Source: Carcharhinus amblyrhynchos (Eukaryota). Taken from it: a stretch of 64,000 bases of DNA. Where the stretch lies: contig OZ336877.1 of the NCBI GenBank assembly GCA_965287045.1, positions 66,712,001 through 66,776,000 on the forward strand. The letters run 5' to 3'. The translations under genes and the position numbers were made by a program. Of this stretch, positions 23,052 through 36,428 are shown one piece after another. Each line of letters begins with the position of its first letter. The first letter of the stretch is position 1. Under the pieces are notes generated by a model, which did not search any database, was not told the origin of the DNA, and saw nothing but the letters and a program-made list of their open reading frames with translations.

Positions 23052-24171
23052 GGGGGGCGATGGTATTCTCCCAAAAGTGCTGAATTGGCAAGAAAAGTGA
23101 TCTAAATCCCAACTGTTTTTTCTGTTCAATTTCAGATAAACATGTCACTATCGTGAATCTCATTAAAAGCACAGGGGCAGGGTCTATTCATACTGAAGAT
23201 TGACAGCTCCAGAACTCTGTGCATGGGCAGTTGTTCCGATCTGTCAGTCTCCCGTTTGCTGGCCAGCTCAATCACTGGCCAGCCCAGGACCACTGCACTG
23301 CTGCCCGTCTAATCCACGCATGGCCCAATCACATCCCCCACAAGCAATCCCAGGCCAGCCCCGAAACCACTCCCCTCCCCATCCTGGAGCACACCAATGG
23401 CCAGCGCACCCCCACCTCCTGGCAGACCCCCACTCCATGGAACCCCCCCCAAGGCACACCCCTCTCCCTGGGGAGAGAAGCTCCCCTCCCCCCACAAGCC
23501 CGCCCCAATCACTGGCTTCCCTCCAGCTCCGACCAATCTCAGTGTAGAGTGGCAGTGGGACCCCACCCACATCCCCAACCGATCGCCCTTAGGAACCACC
23601 CACAATAGGCCCCACCTCTTGGACGCACCCACAATATGCCTCACACCCCAGTCTCTGCCTCATTGGCACTGCCTGATTCCTGGTCGGCAGTGCCAATGTG
23701 CCCCTTGGGCATTGGGAACTTTGCCCCTTGGGGAATGCCAGGGCGTGTAGACTAGCACTGCCAGTGTGCCCATGCCCGGGGGCACCACCTCCCTCAGTGC
23801 CCGGCCCTCTGCGGGATCCCAATTGCCTCCCCTTCACTCCGGTGGGGTCTCCCACTAGTTTCCCGCAAGTGGGGAGCTACTTTAAACTCCGCCGGAGTGA
23901 AGTACTCCTGGCTGGGTGGGAGATGCTATTAGGCCCGGAGAATTCAACCCTGGGCCTGATAATCACATTTAAAATACCTTTTAAAAAGATTTAAATCACT
24001 GAATTCTCTTCCTACCAGTTTCCAGTGCACTCCCGATTGCACCTGTTCTCTGGCTGCAGGAGATGAGCGTGCAGCGGGAACACATGCATGAATCCTGAGA
24101 AATGGCCACACGTGATTCTCCCATCCTGATGTGCCAAAAAACGTGCATGCCGGGATGGGAGAATCATCCCC
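23052..24171 (+). mobile_element. Non-autonomous TIR element of about 1.1 kb with a C-rich interior (Harbinger-like)
   Basis: GGGGCGA..ATTCTCCCA / TGGGAGAATCATCCCC termini. Interior is homologous to 30465-32230 (inverted) and 51530-52470. Accounts for the many overlapping GC-rich spurious ORFs. Confidence 0.75.
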
Positions 24172-24206
24172 TGCCTTCTCTATTTGGCTGCTGGATAAAA
24201 CACTAG

Positions 24207-24442
24207 CGGGCAGGTTTTTCCAGCTTCCCCACGGCATGTTAGCCGGTGGCTGAGACTGCTCGCTATCGGCAATTGGCAGGATCCTCCAGTCCCGCTGACG
24301 TCTATGGCGTTTTGTATCTCTCGCCTATCAGGAAACCCGCCGGGGCTTGTGTGGGGGAGGGAGGGGAGATGGAAAAGGGGGTGTCACCTTCTGCAGGGAC
24401 CGGATGATTCCCATCAACAGGAAGGACCAGAAATTCCTGCCC
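24207..24442. mobile_element. MITE
   Basis: GGGCAGGTTTTTC...GAAATTCCTGCCC TIRs. Confidence 0.7.
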
Positions 24443-24625
24443 AGTTTTACAAAAGGTCAGGTAGTTATTGGAAAAAAGAAAAACTGAATGTGCCATCCTG
24501 TACTTCAATTTACAGAATAAAGGGTGACGCGAGGTTTCAGTGAGGTACAAAAAATAGAAAAGTTTTATTTGGAAATATGATATATCAGATCTGTGAGTTA
24601 TGAGGCCACTTTAATAAAAGCGACA

Positions 24626-24679
24626 GACACACACACACACACACACACAAGCGACAGGCAGGCACACACACACACACAC
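24626..24679. repeat. Interrupted (CA)n microsatellite
   Basis: Two AAGCGACAG-(CA)n units are directly visible. Confidence 0.95.
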
Positions 24680-25414
24680 TGTGAGTGAGTTATAGTGGCT
24701 TTTGCATGAATGAATGAACTTTTGTGATGGCTTGATATTTTATTCATTTATTTATTGTTTTAGCTTTTAAACGCATTCGGGAACATTAAGTGTGGAATGT
24801 ACTGCTAAGTAATTCACTGTGATGAATTAGCATCTTAATTTTACTACAACATGCTCCTGAGCTGTGACATTAAAATTAACACCCTTGAGATAAATCTAAA
24901 TGAAGAGAAAGACAGAAACACACTCGTGTTTCCCCATTCCGATACAAACATTACTGAGAAGAATCAGATAGGTGAAGCTGACTGACTTATCAGATTGCTG
25001 ATCTAAAACATAAATTGTATATAATGCAGCAAACACTACATCGTCTGCCATGATGCAGAAAAGGACCACTGCACAATATGAATAAAATCATAGTGTTGGA
25101 TAGCAACACTGTGACCAAAAACATAAACATTACGTAAGAGCAGATTACTACACTGCTAATACCTCATTTGCTGCTTGCTCATAATTGACCTGTCAACTTC
25201 CCTGGGCATGTTTATTTTGAAAAGTCATTTTTTCTTGGGCTATTTTTCTTCTCTCCTCTCTGGAATATTTCAGGAGTATGGGCCCACAGAAACGAATAGC
25301 CCTTTGGGACAGTATTCGGTCAAGTGTCCATTCTTCAAGCAACTGCCTTGACTTTGAATGTCAGGAGTACATTCATTCATGGAGGTTGGGTGTAATTTTA
25401 TCTCCATCGAAAGA

Positions 25415-25772
25415 AAGAACTTTCATTTCTATACCACTTTTCACAACTTCAGGATATTGCAAAGTTATTTACTACCAATTAAGCACTTTTGAAATGTAAC
25501 CACTGTTGTAATGTAGAAAATGTAGATAATTTGTTTTAGCAATTGTTGAGGGATAAGTATTGGCCAGTACAGTGCAGAATTCCCATGTTCTTTGAACTAA
25601 TGCTATGTCTTATATCCACCTGAGAAGGTTTAACCTCTCATCCAAAAGACAGTCCATAAGACTGTGCAGAATTCTCTCTGCGCCAAAGCATAATCGAGAT
25701 TATGCACTTCAAGTCATTCAAGTGGGACTTTAGCAAACAACCTTTTGACTCAGAAATAAGACTTCTACCAGG
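25415..25772 (-). mobile_element. Old Deu-type SINE (SacSINE/AmnSINE-like)
   Basis: Decayed reverse-complement similarity to 54710-55122 (head, Deu core, L2-like tail). Confidence 0.6.
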
Positions 25773-26241
25773 AACAAAGGCCGAGGCCAAAATCAGCACC
25801 TGTTGGTTTTCCAGCAGGAGTCATTGGATGGCAGCCATGAGCAGGAATCCTGGGTGATTTTTTTTCCCCCTCCCGAACCAGGGGGCACTATGGCAAACTG
25901 TAGAACCCCAGTAGTGTTTCTAACCTAATTAGCAAGGTTCAAAAATCAGTTGGGATTTCCTGAGTTTCCATGAGGATTGTCCTGATATCTCAGTATAATG
26001 TCAGCAGGGGATCAGTAGAACCATGAGAGAAATAGCATAGATGTCATTTTTCAGTTGTAAATGTTGTCTCTCCAAAGATTCCACTGATCTCCCATTGCAT
26101 TACAACAAATTGCAACTGTTCCCATGGAAATGAAGCACTGGGATTCTCTGGTTTGTATCATTTGATAATTCACCAGCAATATCTTCACCCCAGTCCTTTA
26201 GGAAAGTTGATAATTTTTAAATTCTTAGTGGCATGCCTCAG

Positions 26242-26577
26242 ATAGAACCATAGGATAGAACCAAATAATCCCTACAGTACAGAAGGAGGCCATTCGGCTC
26301 ATTGAGTCTGTACTGACCATAATCCCACTCAGGACCTATTCCCATAATCCCATACATTTACCCTGCTAATTAATCCCTCTGACACCAGGGTCAATTTTAG
26401 CATGGCCAATCAACCTAACCTGCACATCTTTGGACTGTGGGAGAAAACTGGAGCATCTGCAGGGAACCCACGCAGATTTGGGGAAAATGTGCAAACTCCA
26501 CACAGACAGTAACCAAGGCTGGAATTGAACCCGGGTCCCTGGCGCTGTGAGGCAACCACTGTGCCACCATGGTGGCC
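26242..26577 (-). mobile_element. HE1-like SINE, CR1 tail
   Basis: tRNA head (GGCACAGTGG, GGTTCAATTCC) and CR1 tail. Confidence 0.88.
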
Positions 26578-27664
26578 ATCACTCTAATAATAGAGGAATT
26601 AGAGATGATTTTAAAAAACACAGAGAAATTGAATGCCATTCATTCTCAGCAACTGATTCACCTGGCTCTTAGTAGTTAAAGTAACTGTCCAAAAAAATAG
26701 TTAAAAAAAAGTCCAAGAATTGGAAACATAATTTCTATTGCTACAATCCAATGAAATTTAGAAACATATACTCAGTCAAAATTCAAAAAGAGGATTTTCA
26801 ATTGGACTTGTTTTAATTTCTGAAAAATGGATCATAAGCAAATTGCCATAATTATATATTATAGTAACTCCATAAATGTGTTCACGAAGATTTCTCCCAC
26901 TTCATATTTCCAGCAACATTGTAGTAATACTTCAGGACTTGCTTACAATGCTGTGAGAAATACTGAGCCAGGAATTTTCACATAAATATTCATGTTATTA
27001 TACATAAGGGGGCTGCTTTTCCTTCCCTCTCATAACCAGTACTATATCTGAAACGTCTTACTATTGTTCAGACAGGATTGTGGTGTTTCCTGCTGTGATT
27101 TGTTTAGATGTGGGCTGCCTCCTGGCAGGGCTTTGGCACCATCAGAAATGGGGTAGAAGCATAAGATACAATAACAGTTGAAGTCCAAATTGGAATCTAG
27201 GATCCAAGGTCCTCTAAGGGATTTGAACATGATTGAATTTGGCCACTTTCATATCATCAACTTTCCACCCGGGGCCACTGCTGAGCATCTGGTCAGATGA
27301 CTTCTGGGCAGGCTACAGTTCCATTTTTTCTGATCATCCTTCATATTGAGGCATCTACGAAGTCTCGGGATCAGAAAATGAACTGGGGGACCAAAAATGC
27401 TATCCTCCCAGGAAGGTCCAGATTTTCAGGGGTAATGGTAAAATGGCAGAGGCTGAGGGCTGAATTTTCATATTAGGTGTGGGAAACAAGAGTCAGAACT
27501 GTTTCTCGGTTCTAAATATCCTCTGGGATTTTGTGTGGGTGGGTGGATCTGGGATTTTCATTGAGGTACCCTTTAATTAGCACAGAGACAGGCTCTCTGT
27601 CCAATGGACAGTGGTATGCAGATTTTGAAGTTGAAGGGCTAATCAGAGGATTTTCAGCTTGAGA

Positions 27665-27914
27665 GAAGTCGGGGTAAGTTTTTCGCTCAGAGGGTGGTGA
27701 GTGAGTGGAATCGGCTGCCGTCGGTGGTGGTAGAGGCGAACTTGCTGGGGTCTTTTAAGAGACTTCTGGATGAGTACATGGGATTTAATGGGATTGAGGG
27801 TTATAGATAGGCCTGGTAGGTATGGTTATGATCGGCACAACTTGTGGGCCGAAGGGCCTGTTTGTGCTGTAGTGTTCTATGTTCTATGTTCTATGTTCTA
27901 TGTTCTATGTTCTA
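27665..27914 (+). mobile_element. Young CR1 3' fragment with (TTCTATG)n tail
   Basis: FFAQRVVSEWNRLP sequence with CpGs retained and five TTCTATG repeats. Confidence 0.9.
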
Positions 27915-27946
27915 GAAACAACACAGCCTGTAATGAACATGTATGT

Positions 27947-27947
<1 letters not shown>

Positions 27948-27979
<32 letters not shown>
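27948..27979. repeat. (GT)n microsatellite
   Basis: Directly visible. Confidence 0.95.
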
Positions 27980-27981
<2 letters not shown>

Positions 27982-28724
27982 GCCGGAGAGACAGGGTGGG
28001 GAGACAGTTGGAGGGAATCACTCTGTACAGGGTGGCCTTTGACTGCATTTACACTCACACCCAGGCACCTGTAGCTGGGTGTCTGCTTCCAGGCAATTAA
28101 ACAGCCACTTGCCATGGTGAAAACTGGAGGCCAACTGGAAACTCCCAGTCAGCCTCCTTTCAATACGCTATGGCACTTAATGACTCTAATTGGTCACTTA
28201 TCTTGGGGGGTAACCCTCATCACCAAAAAGATCGGTGTTGAAAATGGCATTAGAACACAGCCGTGCTTACCACCACCTTTATTTTTGGGCCATGTCCACC
28301 TATCTCCCTAATCTTGGCAGGACCCTAAAATTCAGCCCTCAGGGAGCAAGGATCAGAAACTCAAGTAATAATGAGTGAAGTAATTTCTATTACCTGTTGT
28401 GGACAGGGATTGATTCACCTACGATGCCCTTCATGGTAGAATAGCTTGATTAGGCTCATATACAAATGATGTCATTTAGATGATTGCAGATGCCTACTAA
28501 ATTGAATCCCTGTACCAGTCATAATCTTCAAGAGTAGAGAGAGAGAGAGAAGCCAAAAAATCCCTACAACACATAACAGCAAAATGTAAGTAACATCATG
28601 ATGACCGTGTAAGATAAAACTGTAATTAATGTGATACAGGGTAAAGTTTGGAAACTGTGAAATGAGACAGCAGCAGACAGGCTGTACATGGATTTGGGTT
28701 TGGTAAGAAGATACACATCAAACT

Positions 28725-28990
28725 TCCTGCACAGTGGACAATAAACGTGTTTATTTTGGAGCATCTTAATCTGGGTTTCAATAACATAGATTGAAGGTTC
28801 TTCACGTGCCAAAACATTGAAGATATTCAAGAGGAGGCTGAATATAGCACTTGGGGCGAATGGGATCAAAGATTATGGGGACAAAACAGGATTAGGCTTT
28901 GATGATCAGCCATGATTGTAATGAATAGTGGAACAGGCTTAAAGGGCTAAATGGTCTCCTCCTGCTCCTATCTTCCATGTTTCTATGTTT
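28725..28990 (+). mobile_element. Chimeric retroposon: 83-nt unknown head + CR1 tail (copy 2)
   Basis: Same head and junction as 7242-7520, with unrelated flanks. Confidence 0.75.
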
Positions 28991-30109
28991 CACTTTTGGC
29001 AGCTGATTTATTTATCTGAAGAAGAAAATAAAAACTGTGTTATTTGCTAAGTGGCAAAATTGATTTTCAGGCAATGTCGTTGAATGGGCTGGTTCATGTT
29101 TCCCCCAGTGCGATGCCATAAATGACCACAAAATGGGCTGTCTGTGGAGACAAATGAGCCAAAATGGCAACCTGATAAGATCAGACACATGCTGTGGTAA
29201 TACATTTCATTGTGATTTTCAACAATGGTTAATGCATCTAAAAAAAGTGAAAAGCAGGCTTGTCAAGTTTTAATGAAAATGGTTCTCCTGTGATATATCC
29301 CCAGCCATTTCTACAGTAGCAGAGCAACAATTTAACATTCCTCCTTGAAGACCATCTGAATTAGTTCTGAAAATCTTTATTGCCAAGTACTATCCATGAA
29401 AAGCTTTATTTTGTTCATTACTGATGAACAATCCATTTCATAAAAAAATTCCGAGTAAGGAAAGCAAGGTGGGATCAATGCGACTTATGTCATCGGTAGC
29501 TCAATTGGTAGTACTCTCACCTCTGAATTTTGGACTCAAGCCCCACTCCAAGATTGAGGACTACAGATCAAGGCTGGCACTGAGAGAGTATTGCATTGTC
29601 AAGTATACTCAGTGGAATTCTACCATCCCATCCACAGCGAGCTTGTTTTAAGTTAAGTTTCTTTATTAGTGTCACAAGTAGGCTTACATTAACACTGCAA
29701 CAAAGTTACTATGAAAATCCCTTAACCGCCACACTCCGGCACCTGTTTGGATACATGGGAGAGAATTTAGCACGCTCATTGGTGGGTGGGAACAGAGAAT
29801 CGAGCGAGAATCAAAACGCCAGAAATCCACTGGTATAAAAACAAGTTGAATTCTCCCAATGGCAAGTCAATATTGGGTTGGTCTATCTGCTGGCTAATTG
29901 CATGAATGCCACCTGCATTCATTTGCATCTCATGAATTCTTATTAAAACAACTGGCTGCAGGAACGGTCAGGCATTCCAATTGTGTGTCACGCCAATGGG
30001 ACATTATGTCTGTCTACAACCTGACTGGTAGAGTGGTATGCACAAGGTGGTCCTCAGTTCACAAGAGACTTTAAGGCATTTCCAAAAAATCCATCTGCCA
30101 TAGTGCTGC

Positions 30110-30465
30110 GCTGCTTCTGATGTGCTTTCCGCCAATTATAAAGCCCTGGGTGTTTAACGCTTTGTTAACCATTTTCTCAATCTGTTCGACCACCTTTAAA
30201 AACTTACAACACATACACATAGGTCCCTCTGTCCCTGCACCCTCTTTAGAGTTGTGATCTTTAATTTGTATTGTTTCTCTAAGTTCTCCCTACCAAAATG
30301 TATCACTTTGCACTTCTCTGCATTGAGCTTTATCTGCCAGTTGTCTGCCCATTCCATCAGCTGTCTATGTCCTTTTGAATTTCTACACTGTTTTCCTCAC
30401 AATTCAAAATGTTTCCAAATATTGTCTGCAAAGTTTGAGTTTGTGCCCTGTACACCAAGTCCTAG
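30110..30465 (-). mobile_element. Old CR1 RT fragment
   Basis: Decayed WAD.WQIKLNAEKCKVIHFG similarity on the minus strand. Confidence 0.7.
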
Positions 30466-30775
30466 GTCATTCTCCCATCCAGGAAATTCACACGGAATGC
30501 GATTCATGGGGTTCCCACAAACATTCACATCCTGCTAATGTCTCCCAGCGCCAGATTTTAAATATCATTTAAGTGCTATGAGCAGGGCTGACACTGAATT
30601 CTCTGGGCCTGCTAGCGTCTCCCACCCTGCCAGAGTGTTTCACTCCAACGGTGTTTAGAGTAGCTCCCCACTTTCGGGGAGGTGGTGGCCTAATCCTGCT
30701 GGAGTGAAGGGGGCAATCAGGGCCCCCCTGAGATCAGGCAGTGGGGGTTGGTGCCCCCTGAGCATTGGCAACCTT

Positions 30776-31707
30776 GATGTGGAGATGCCGGCGTTGAACT
30801 GGGGAAAACACAGTAAGAAGTCTCACAACACCAGATTAAAATCCAACGGGTTTATTTGATAGTAAATGCCACTAGCTTTCAGAATGCTGTTCCTTCGTCA
30901 GGTGAGTGGAGAGTTCGGATCCCAAACAGGGCATATAAAGGCACACACAGAATACTGATTAGAATGCGAGTCTTTACAGCTAATTTGCTATTCAAGGCTT
31001 AAAGGTGCAGACAATGTGAGTGGAGATGGCATTAAGCATAGGTTAAAGAGATGTGTATTGTCTCCAGACAGAACAGTAAGTGAGATGTTGCAAGTTCAGG
31101 CAAGTCATGGGGGTTACAGAGAGTGTGACATGAACCCAAGATCCTGGTTGAGGCCGTCCTCATATGTGCGGAACTTGGCTATCAGTTTCTGCTCAGCGAC
31201 TCTGCACTGTCATATGTCGTGAAGGCTGCCTTGGAGAATGTTTACTCGAAGATCAGAGGCCGAATCCCTGTGACCGCTGAAGTGCTCGCCAACAGGAAGG
31301 GAACAGTCTTGCCTGGTGATTGTTGAGCAGTGTTCATTCATCCGTTGTTGTAGCGTCTGCATGGTCTCCCCAGCGTACCATGCCTCGGGACATCCTTTCC
31401 TGTAGTGTATCAGGTAGATGAAGTTGGCCGAGTTGCAAGAGTATGTACCGTGTACCCGGTGGATGGTGTTCTCACATGAGGTGATGGCATCCGTGTTGAT
31501 GATCCGGCATGTCTTACAGAGGTTGCTGTGGCAGGGTTGTGTGGTGTTGTGGTCACTGTTCTCCTGAAGGCTGAGTAGTTTGCTGCGGATAATAGTCTGA
31601 TTGAGATTGTGCAATTGTTAAAGGCAAGAAGTGGGGGTGTGGGGATGGCCCTGGCGAGATGTTCGTCTTCATCAATGACAAGTTGAAGACTCCAGAGAGT
31701 CTTCTCC
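30776..31707 (-). mobile_element. Penelope-like element, 5'-truncated (GIY-YIG region + pLTR)
   Basis: ORF 31210-31614 is highly similar to 19374-19922, with the same terminus. TSD GGCAACCT at 30767-30774 and 31708-31715. Confidence 0.93.
30870..30904 (-). ncRNA. Minimal hammerhead ribozyme motif
   Basis: CAC-CTGACGA-A-GGAA(cagca)TTCT-GAAA-GC-TA-GTG. Confidence 0.7.
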
Positions 31708-32399
31708 GGCAACCTGGCAGTGCCAGTCTGTGACTCTGGCACTACCCAAGGGGCAAAGAGACAATGCCCACAGGGCACCTTGACACTGCCTACTGAGCAT
31801 GGAGCAGGGTCTATAGGGTGGCGAGGCCTGGAGATGATGGTGGGGGTGGGGGTCCTGCCGCCACTCTGCCATTGGGATCGATGGGGGCAGGAGGGAGGCC
31901 AGCAATCGGGGTGGGCTGGGGGGTTTGTCTGCACTGCGGGGGTGTAGGGGGATATTGGTATTGGGGAAGACTGGAGTTTGGGGCAGTCTGGAAAGGGGGA
32001 TGTGCGAGTGGTTGAGGGGCCGCGATTGGGCCTTTGAGGGTTGGGCGGGAGCTGGCCCACTGGTTTCAGCCTCCTGGGTGGGAATAAGCCCTGCCCCCGC
32101 TGTGAAATTATAATCATGCATTGCACAGAATGCAGAAGATTCTCATGTGAACTCCCACTGAAAAAACCAGCGTGAATTACTCTAGTCTTCCTGTAAGTTG
32201 AACACAGAATTTTATTGGAAGAATTCCACCCATTATATTCCTCTTTGTTCTCACACTGTAAATTAGAATTTAGTTATACAAATGAATGCACTGGACTGAT
32301 ACTCCAATTTTTCAAAATTTAGTTTTACAATGACAAACACAAGTCTATTAAAACATTTTACAAATGTATATTTTTATATTGTCAGTTTCTCTACTATTC

Positions 32400-32670
32400 A
32401 GTTTATTTATTAGTAGGCTTACATTAACACTGCATCAAAATTATTGTGAAAATTCCCTAGTCGCCACACTCTGGCACCTGTTCAGGTACATTGAGGGAGA
32501 ACTTAGCATGGCCAGTGCACTTACCAGCATGTATTTCGGACTGTGGGAGGAAACTGAAGCACCCAGAGGTAACTCACGCAGGCGCAGGGAGAACATGCAA
32601 ACTCCACACAGATAGTAATCCAAACCTGGGTTCCAGGCACTGTGAGGCAGCAGTGCTAGCCACTGTCCAC
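32400..32670 (-). mobile_element. HE1-like SINE with Rex-like tail
   Basis: Collinear with 11055-11347; a partial tail copy also occurs at 29655-29772. Confidence 0.85.
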
Positions 32671-32789
32671 TGAGCATAGAATTGTCCTGAAACTGGTGAT
32701 TGCACTGTTAGTTAACTGCAAGTAAAAACCACAATGCTTCAGAATTTTGATTGTTATAATCTTTTTCTTGTCAAATCATTGTAGCATCC

Positions 32790-33069
32790 AGTGTGGCACA
32801 GTGGCCTCACAGACAGCCGGGTTCGACTCCAGCCTCGGGTGACTGTCTGCATGGAGTTTGCACATTCTCTTCATGTCTGTGTGGGTTTCCTCTGGGTTTC
32901 CTTCTGGTTTTCTTCCACCATCCAAAGATGTGCAGATTAGGTTGATCAGCCATGCTAAAATTGATCCTTGTAAGTGGGGTTACGGGAATAGAGCCTTGGG
33001 TGGGTTTTTTGTCAGTGCAGGCTCAATGGGCTAAATGGCCTCCTTCTGTATTGTGGGGATTCTATGATT
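32790..33069 (+). mobile_element. HE1-like SINE, CR1 tail
   Basis: TGGCACAGTGG and GGTTCGACTCC boxes; tail ..GGGATTCTATGATT. Confidence 0.85.
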
Positions 33070-33416
33070 GAGTGTCTTGTGTCCAGAAGCCATGTTTGAA
33101 GTCAGGACCAATCAAATAAATGAAAGTTTCAGAATATCAGTAGTGCTGCTCAGGCCAATCAGCCCCACCCCAACTTTCATAGGAAACACTGAGCTTCCGA
33201 TATTCGTGTGAGGTACTGAAACCTACAGACACATCAACTGATAAGTAGAGCAAAATCAGACTGTTCCATGTTTAACTGTTGATTTATGATGACCTCTGAG
33301 AGCAATGCATTGAAGGTTTGTTTCACAATTCGAGAAAATTGAATAGTGTTAATGAGCAAACTGTCCAATAAATCTCATAAATTATCTCAGGAAAAGATTG
33401 GTGGAGTTTAGTTTTG

Positions 33417-33493
33417 TGTCTTTTGTCCATCAGTATCTGAGACCAAGATAAGGTTGATAGCAAGGTCATGACTGCCACTATTCGTTTCATATG
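33417..33493 (+). repeat. 77-bp dispersed direct repeat, copy 1
   Basis: 76/77 identical to 34714-34790. Confidence 0.95.
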
Positions 33494-34713
33494 TCTATTC
33501 CAGTGGGTGGAGAACAAAATTAGTGTTCAGTTACGAGTAAGAAAATGGACTCAATTTAGCACCAGACTGAATATTTCCCTCAAATATATTTTATGTTTGG
33601 GCAGACCGTGATCTGGGAGGAAACGCTTTAAAGTATACAATTATACTTATAATTAAGTGGTGCTATCCTTATTGAAACCCCATTTAAACTTCTCTGGTGA
33701 TATGGACCTACTGGAGGTCATTAAGTGGAAACCTGCAGGAGACGAATAAACAAATACTTAAAATCTACACTCAACTCTCTACAATGGAACAAGTTCATAG
33801 AGGAAATAATAAAAAGTGGATGATGCACTTTCAGCAATTTGCAAATCATTTTTTAAGTGTAATATCACAGTAGATGAAATTAGATCCATTTCTGCACTTA
33901 ATAATATCACAGAACACGTTAACTACTGAATATGTTCAAATAAAGCTCTCGTTCAAAATATTTCAAGAAAATAATGTAAGAGCATAGTTTAATGCTCAGC
34001 TTTTGGAATTATACAAATTTAAAGTACGCGACCTCCACAATTTATTGCCTCAAGAAACAAACTTAACTTATAATTTTTCCCTCTGTATGAATAAAGCAGA
34101 AAAGTGATTTGTCATTGTTATTTCTGACCTAGTAATAAAATTGCAAGGTTGCTTGATTTAGATGTGTGAGTCTTGAGAATGCAATATTCATTCCTGAAAA
34201 TGAAATAAGTATCAATGGCAGACCAATAAGAATGATCTTTCAACATTTCTTATGTAGTTAAGTTACATTCAACTGGTGTAAAAGTCAAAATGTTCTTTAA
34301 ATGGCTCTAAATATTGGTTTTGTTTAATTTTGTTTTATTTCTAATTTCAAATTCACCTTGTTTAAAAAAATGTCACTTTAACTTGATGGGACACAAACCA
34401 GCTTTCCATTTGGGGCTTGCAGACTAAGCATCCAGCAGATCACTACAAAATATCCTTACAAACTCCACACTCAGCCTATTCAGCACCTGGGATTTGCCTC
34501 TCAATGGCTCATGGGGGGTACCATTCAGCCCATCCAGCCCTGAAGATTTCCCAGAGCAGATGGAGGACAATGGTCAACTCCACCAAGCTTTACAGCACTT
34601 CAAGCCACCCTCTGAGTTGGTCTTTGGTAGGTCCTCCTTCAAAACTGTACAGACATCCTTGATAGATAGATTAGGAGACAACAGTGCTTTGCAGAAACTG
34701 CCGGCCACAACAT

Positions 34714-34790
34714 TGTCTTTTGTCCATCAGTATCTGAGACCAAGATAAGGTTGATAGCAAGGTCATGACTGCCACTATTCATTTCATATG
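34714..34790 (+). repeat. 77-bp dispersed direct repeat, copy 2
   Basis: 76/77 identical to 33417-33493. Confidence 0.95.
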
Positions 34791-35599
34791 AGAACATGGA
34801 TCTGTCATCAGCCAGCAGCCCTTGGAGCTATCCGGCATATCTTTGCCTTTTTAGCAAATGAGTTGAAGATGGGGTCGTGATCTGGGTCTCAGAGAAACTG
34901 GAACTGTGATCGTATATACATGACTTGTGATCCAATGGGTTGCTGATCCATGAGTGGTCTTCTTCTCTTTGTACACCCATTGGACCACTGGAGGGCCAGC
35001 TACTTGACAATTTGACCAACAAGGGAATCATTCTACAACCGTGTATGATGAATGATATCTATGGCCTTAAGTTAAGGTACATAACAATTTTACTATCTTC
35101 TGATCCTGGGTAAAACTCTGTACACAGAAACATTAAGAGCTTTTTTTTTTAATTCATTCATTCTATAGAGTTGGGCATCACTGACAAGTTTATTGGCTAT
35201 CTCTAGTTGCCCTTAAGAAGGTGGTGGTGAACTGCCTTCTTGAACTGCTGCAGTTGATGTGGTGAAGCTAATCTCATACTGTTGTTGGCAACTCCCTTTG
35301 TCCTTCTAGGTGATGGAAGATATAAGATTGTCAAAGAAGCCTTGTTGAATTACTGCAGTGCATCCTGTAGGTATTATGCACAGTAGCCATGGTGTGCACT
35401 GTGAAGGGAGTGAATGAGTGGATACGCTTTCAACTGAACAGACTTCTAATGCAGAAGTAAACCACGACAGAAGCTGGAGATCTGATATACAAAACAGAAA
35501 ATGATGGAGATTCTCAGGAGGTCTAGAAGCATCTGTGGGATGCATCAGTGGAAACAGAGTTAACATTTCAGATCCATGACTTTTCAGCAGTACTTGAAA

Positions 35600-36428
35600 A
35601 AGAATAAAGAACAAAGAATAAAGAAAATTACAGCACAGGAACAGCCCCTTCAGCTCTCTAAGCCTGCACCGACCATGCTGTCCAACTGAACTAAAACCCT
35701 CTACTCTTCTGGGGACCACATCACTCTATTCCCATTCTATTCATGTATTTGTCAAGATGCCCCTTAAAAGTCACCACTGTATCCACTTCCACCACTTCCC
35801 ACAGCAACAAATTCCAGGCACTCACTACTCTCTGTGTAAAAAATATGCCTCGTACATCTCCTTTAAACCTTCCCCCTCACACCTTAAACCTGTGCTCCTA
35901 GTAATTGACTCTTCCATCCTGAGAAAAAGCTTCTGACTATCCACTCTGTCCATGCCTCTCATAATCTTGGAGAATTCTATCAGGTGGCCTCTCGACCTCC
36001 GTCGTCCCAGTGAGAACAAACCAAGTTTCTCCACCTCTCCTCATAGCCAATGCCCTCTATATCAGGCAACATCCTGGTAAATCTTTTCTGTACCCTCTCC
36101 AAAGCCTCCACATCCCTTGGTAATATGGCAATCAGAATTGAACATTATATTCCAAGTGCGGCCTAACTAAGATTTTATGAAGCTGCAACATGGCTTGCCA
36201 ATTTTTAAACTCAATGCCCTGGCCGATGAAGGCAAGCATGCTATATGCTTTCTTGACTATCTTCTCCACCTGCATTGCCACTTTCAGTGACCCGTGTACC
36301 TGTACACCTAGATCCCTTTGCCTATCAATACTCTTAAGGGTTCTGCTATTTACTGTATGTTTCCTATCTGTATTAGACCTTTGGTTCTGCCATTTACTAT
36401 ATATTTCCTATCTGTATTAGACCTTCTA
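35600..36428 (-). mobile_element. CR1 3' fragment with a 43-bp tandem duplication at its 5' end
   Basis: ORF 35825-36034 LGLFSLGRRR..G.LIE; duplicated units at 36339-36381 and 36383-36425. Confidence 0.9.

Larger units (their letters stand above)
27457..28338. mobile_element. Harbinger-like MITE containing a CR1 fragment and (GT)n
   Basis: GGGCTGAATTTT...AAAATTCAGCCC TIRs. Confidence 0.65.
30465..32230 (-). mobile_element. Non-autonomous TIR element (family of 23052) split by a Penelope insertion
   Basis: ATTCTCCCA...TGGAAGAATTCCACCC termini; the interior continues across the Penelope TSD. Confidence 0.7.

Noticed and set aside
23200-23994. Cluster of overlapping Pro/Gly-rich ORFs (also 31672-32126, 51530-51933, 60130-60706)
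   Set aside because: These are stop-poor GC-rich interiors of non-autonomous TIR elements, not genes.
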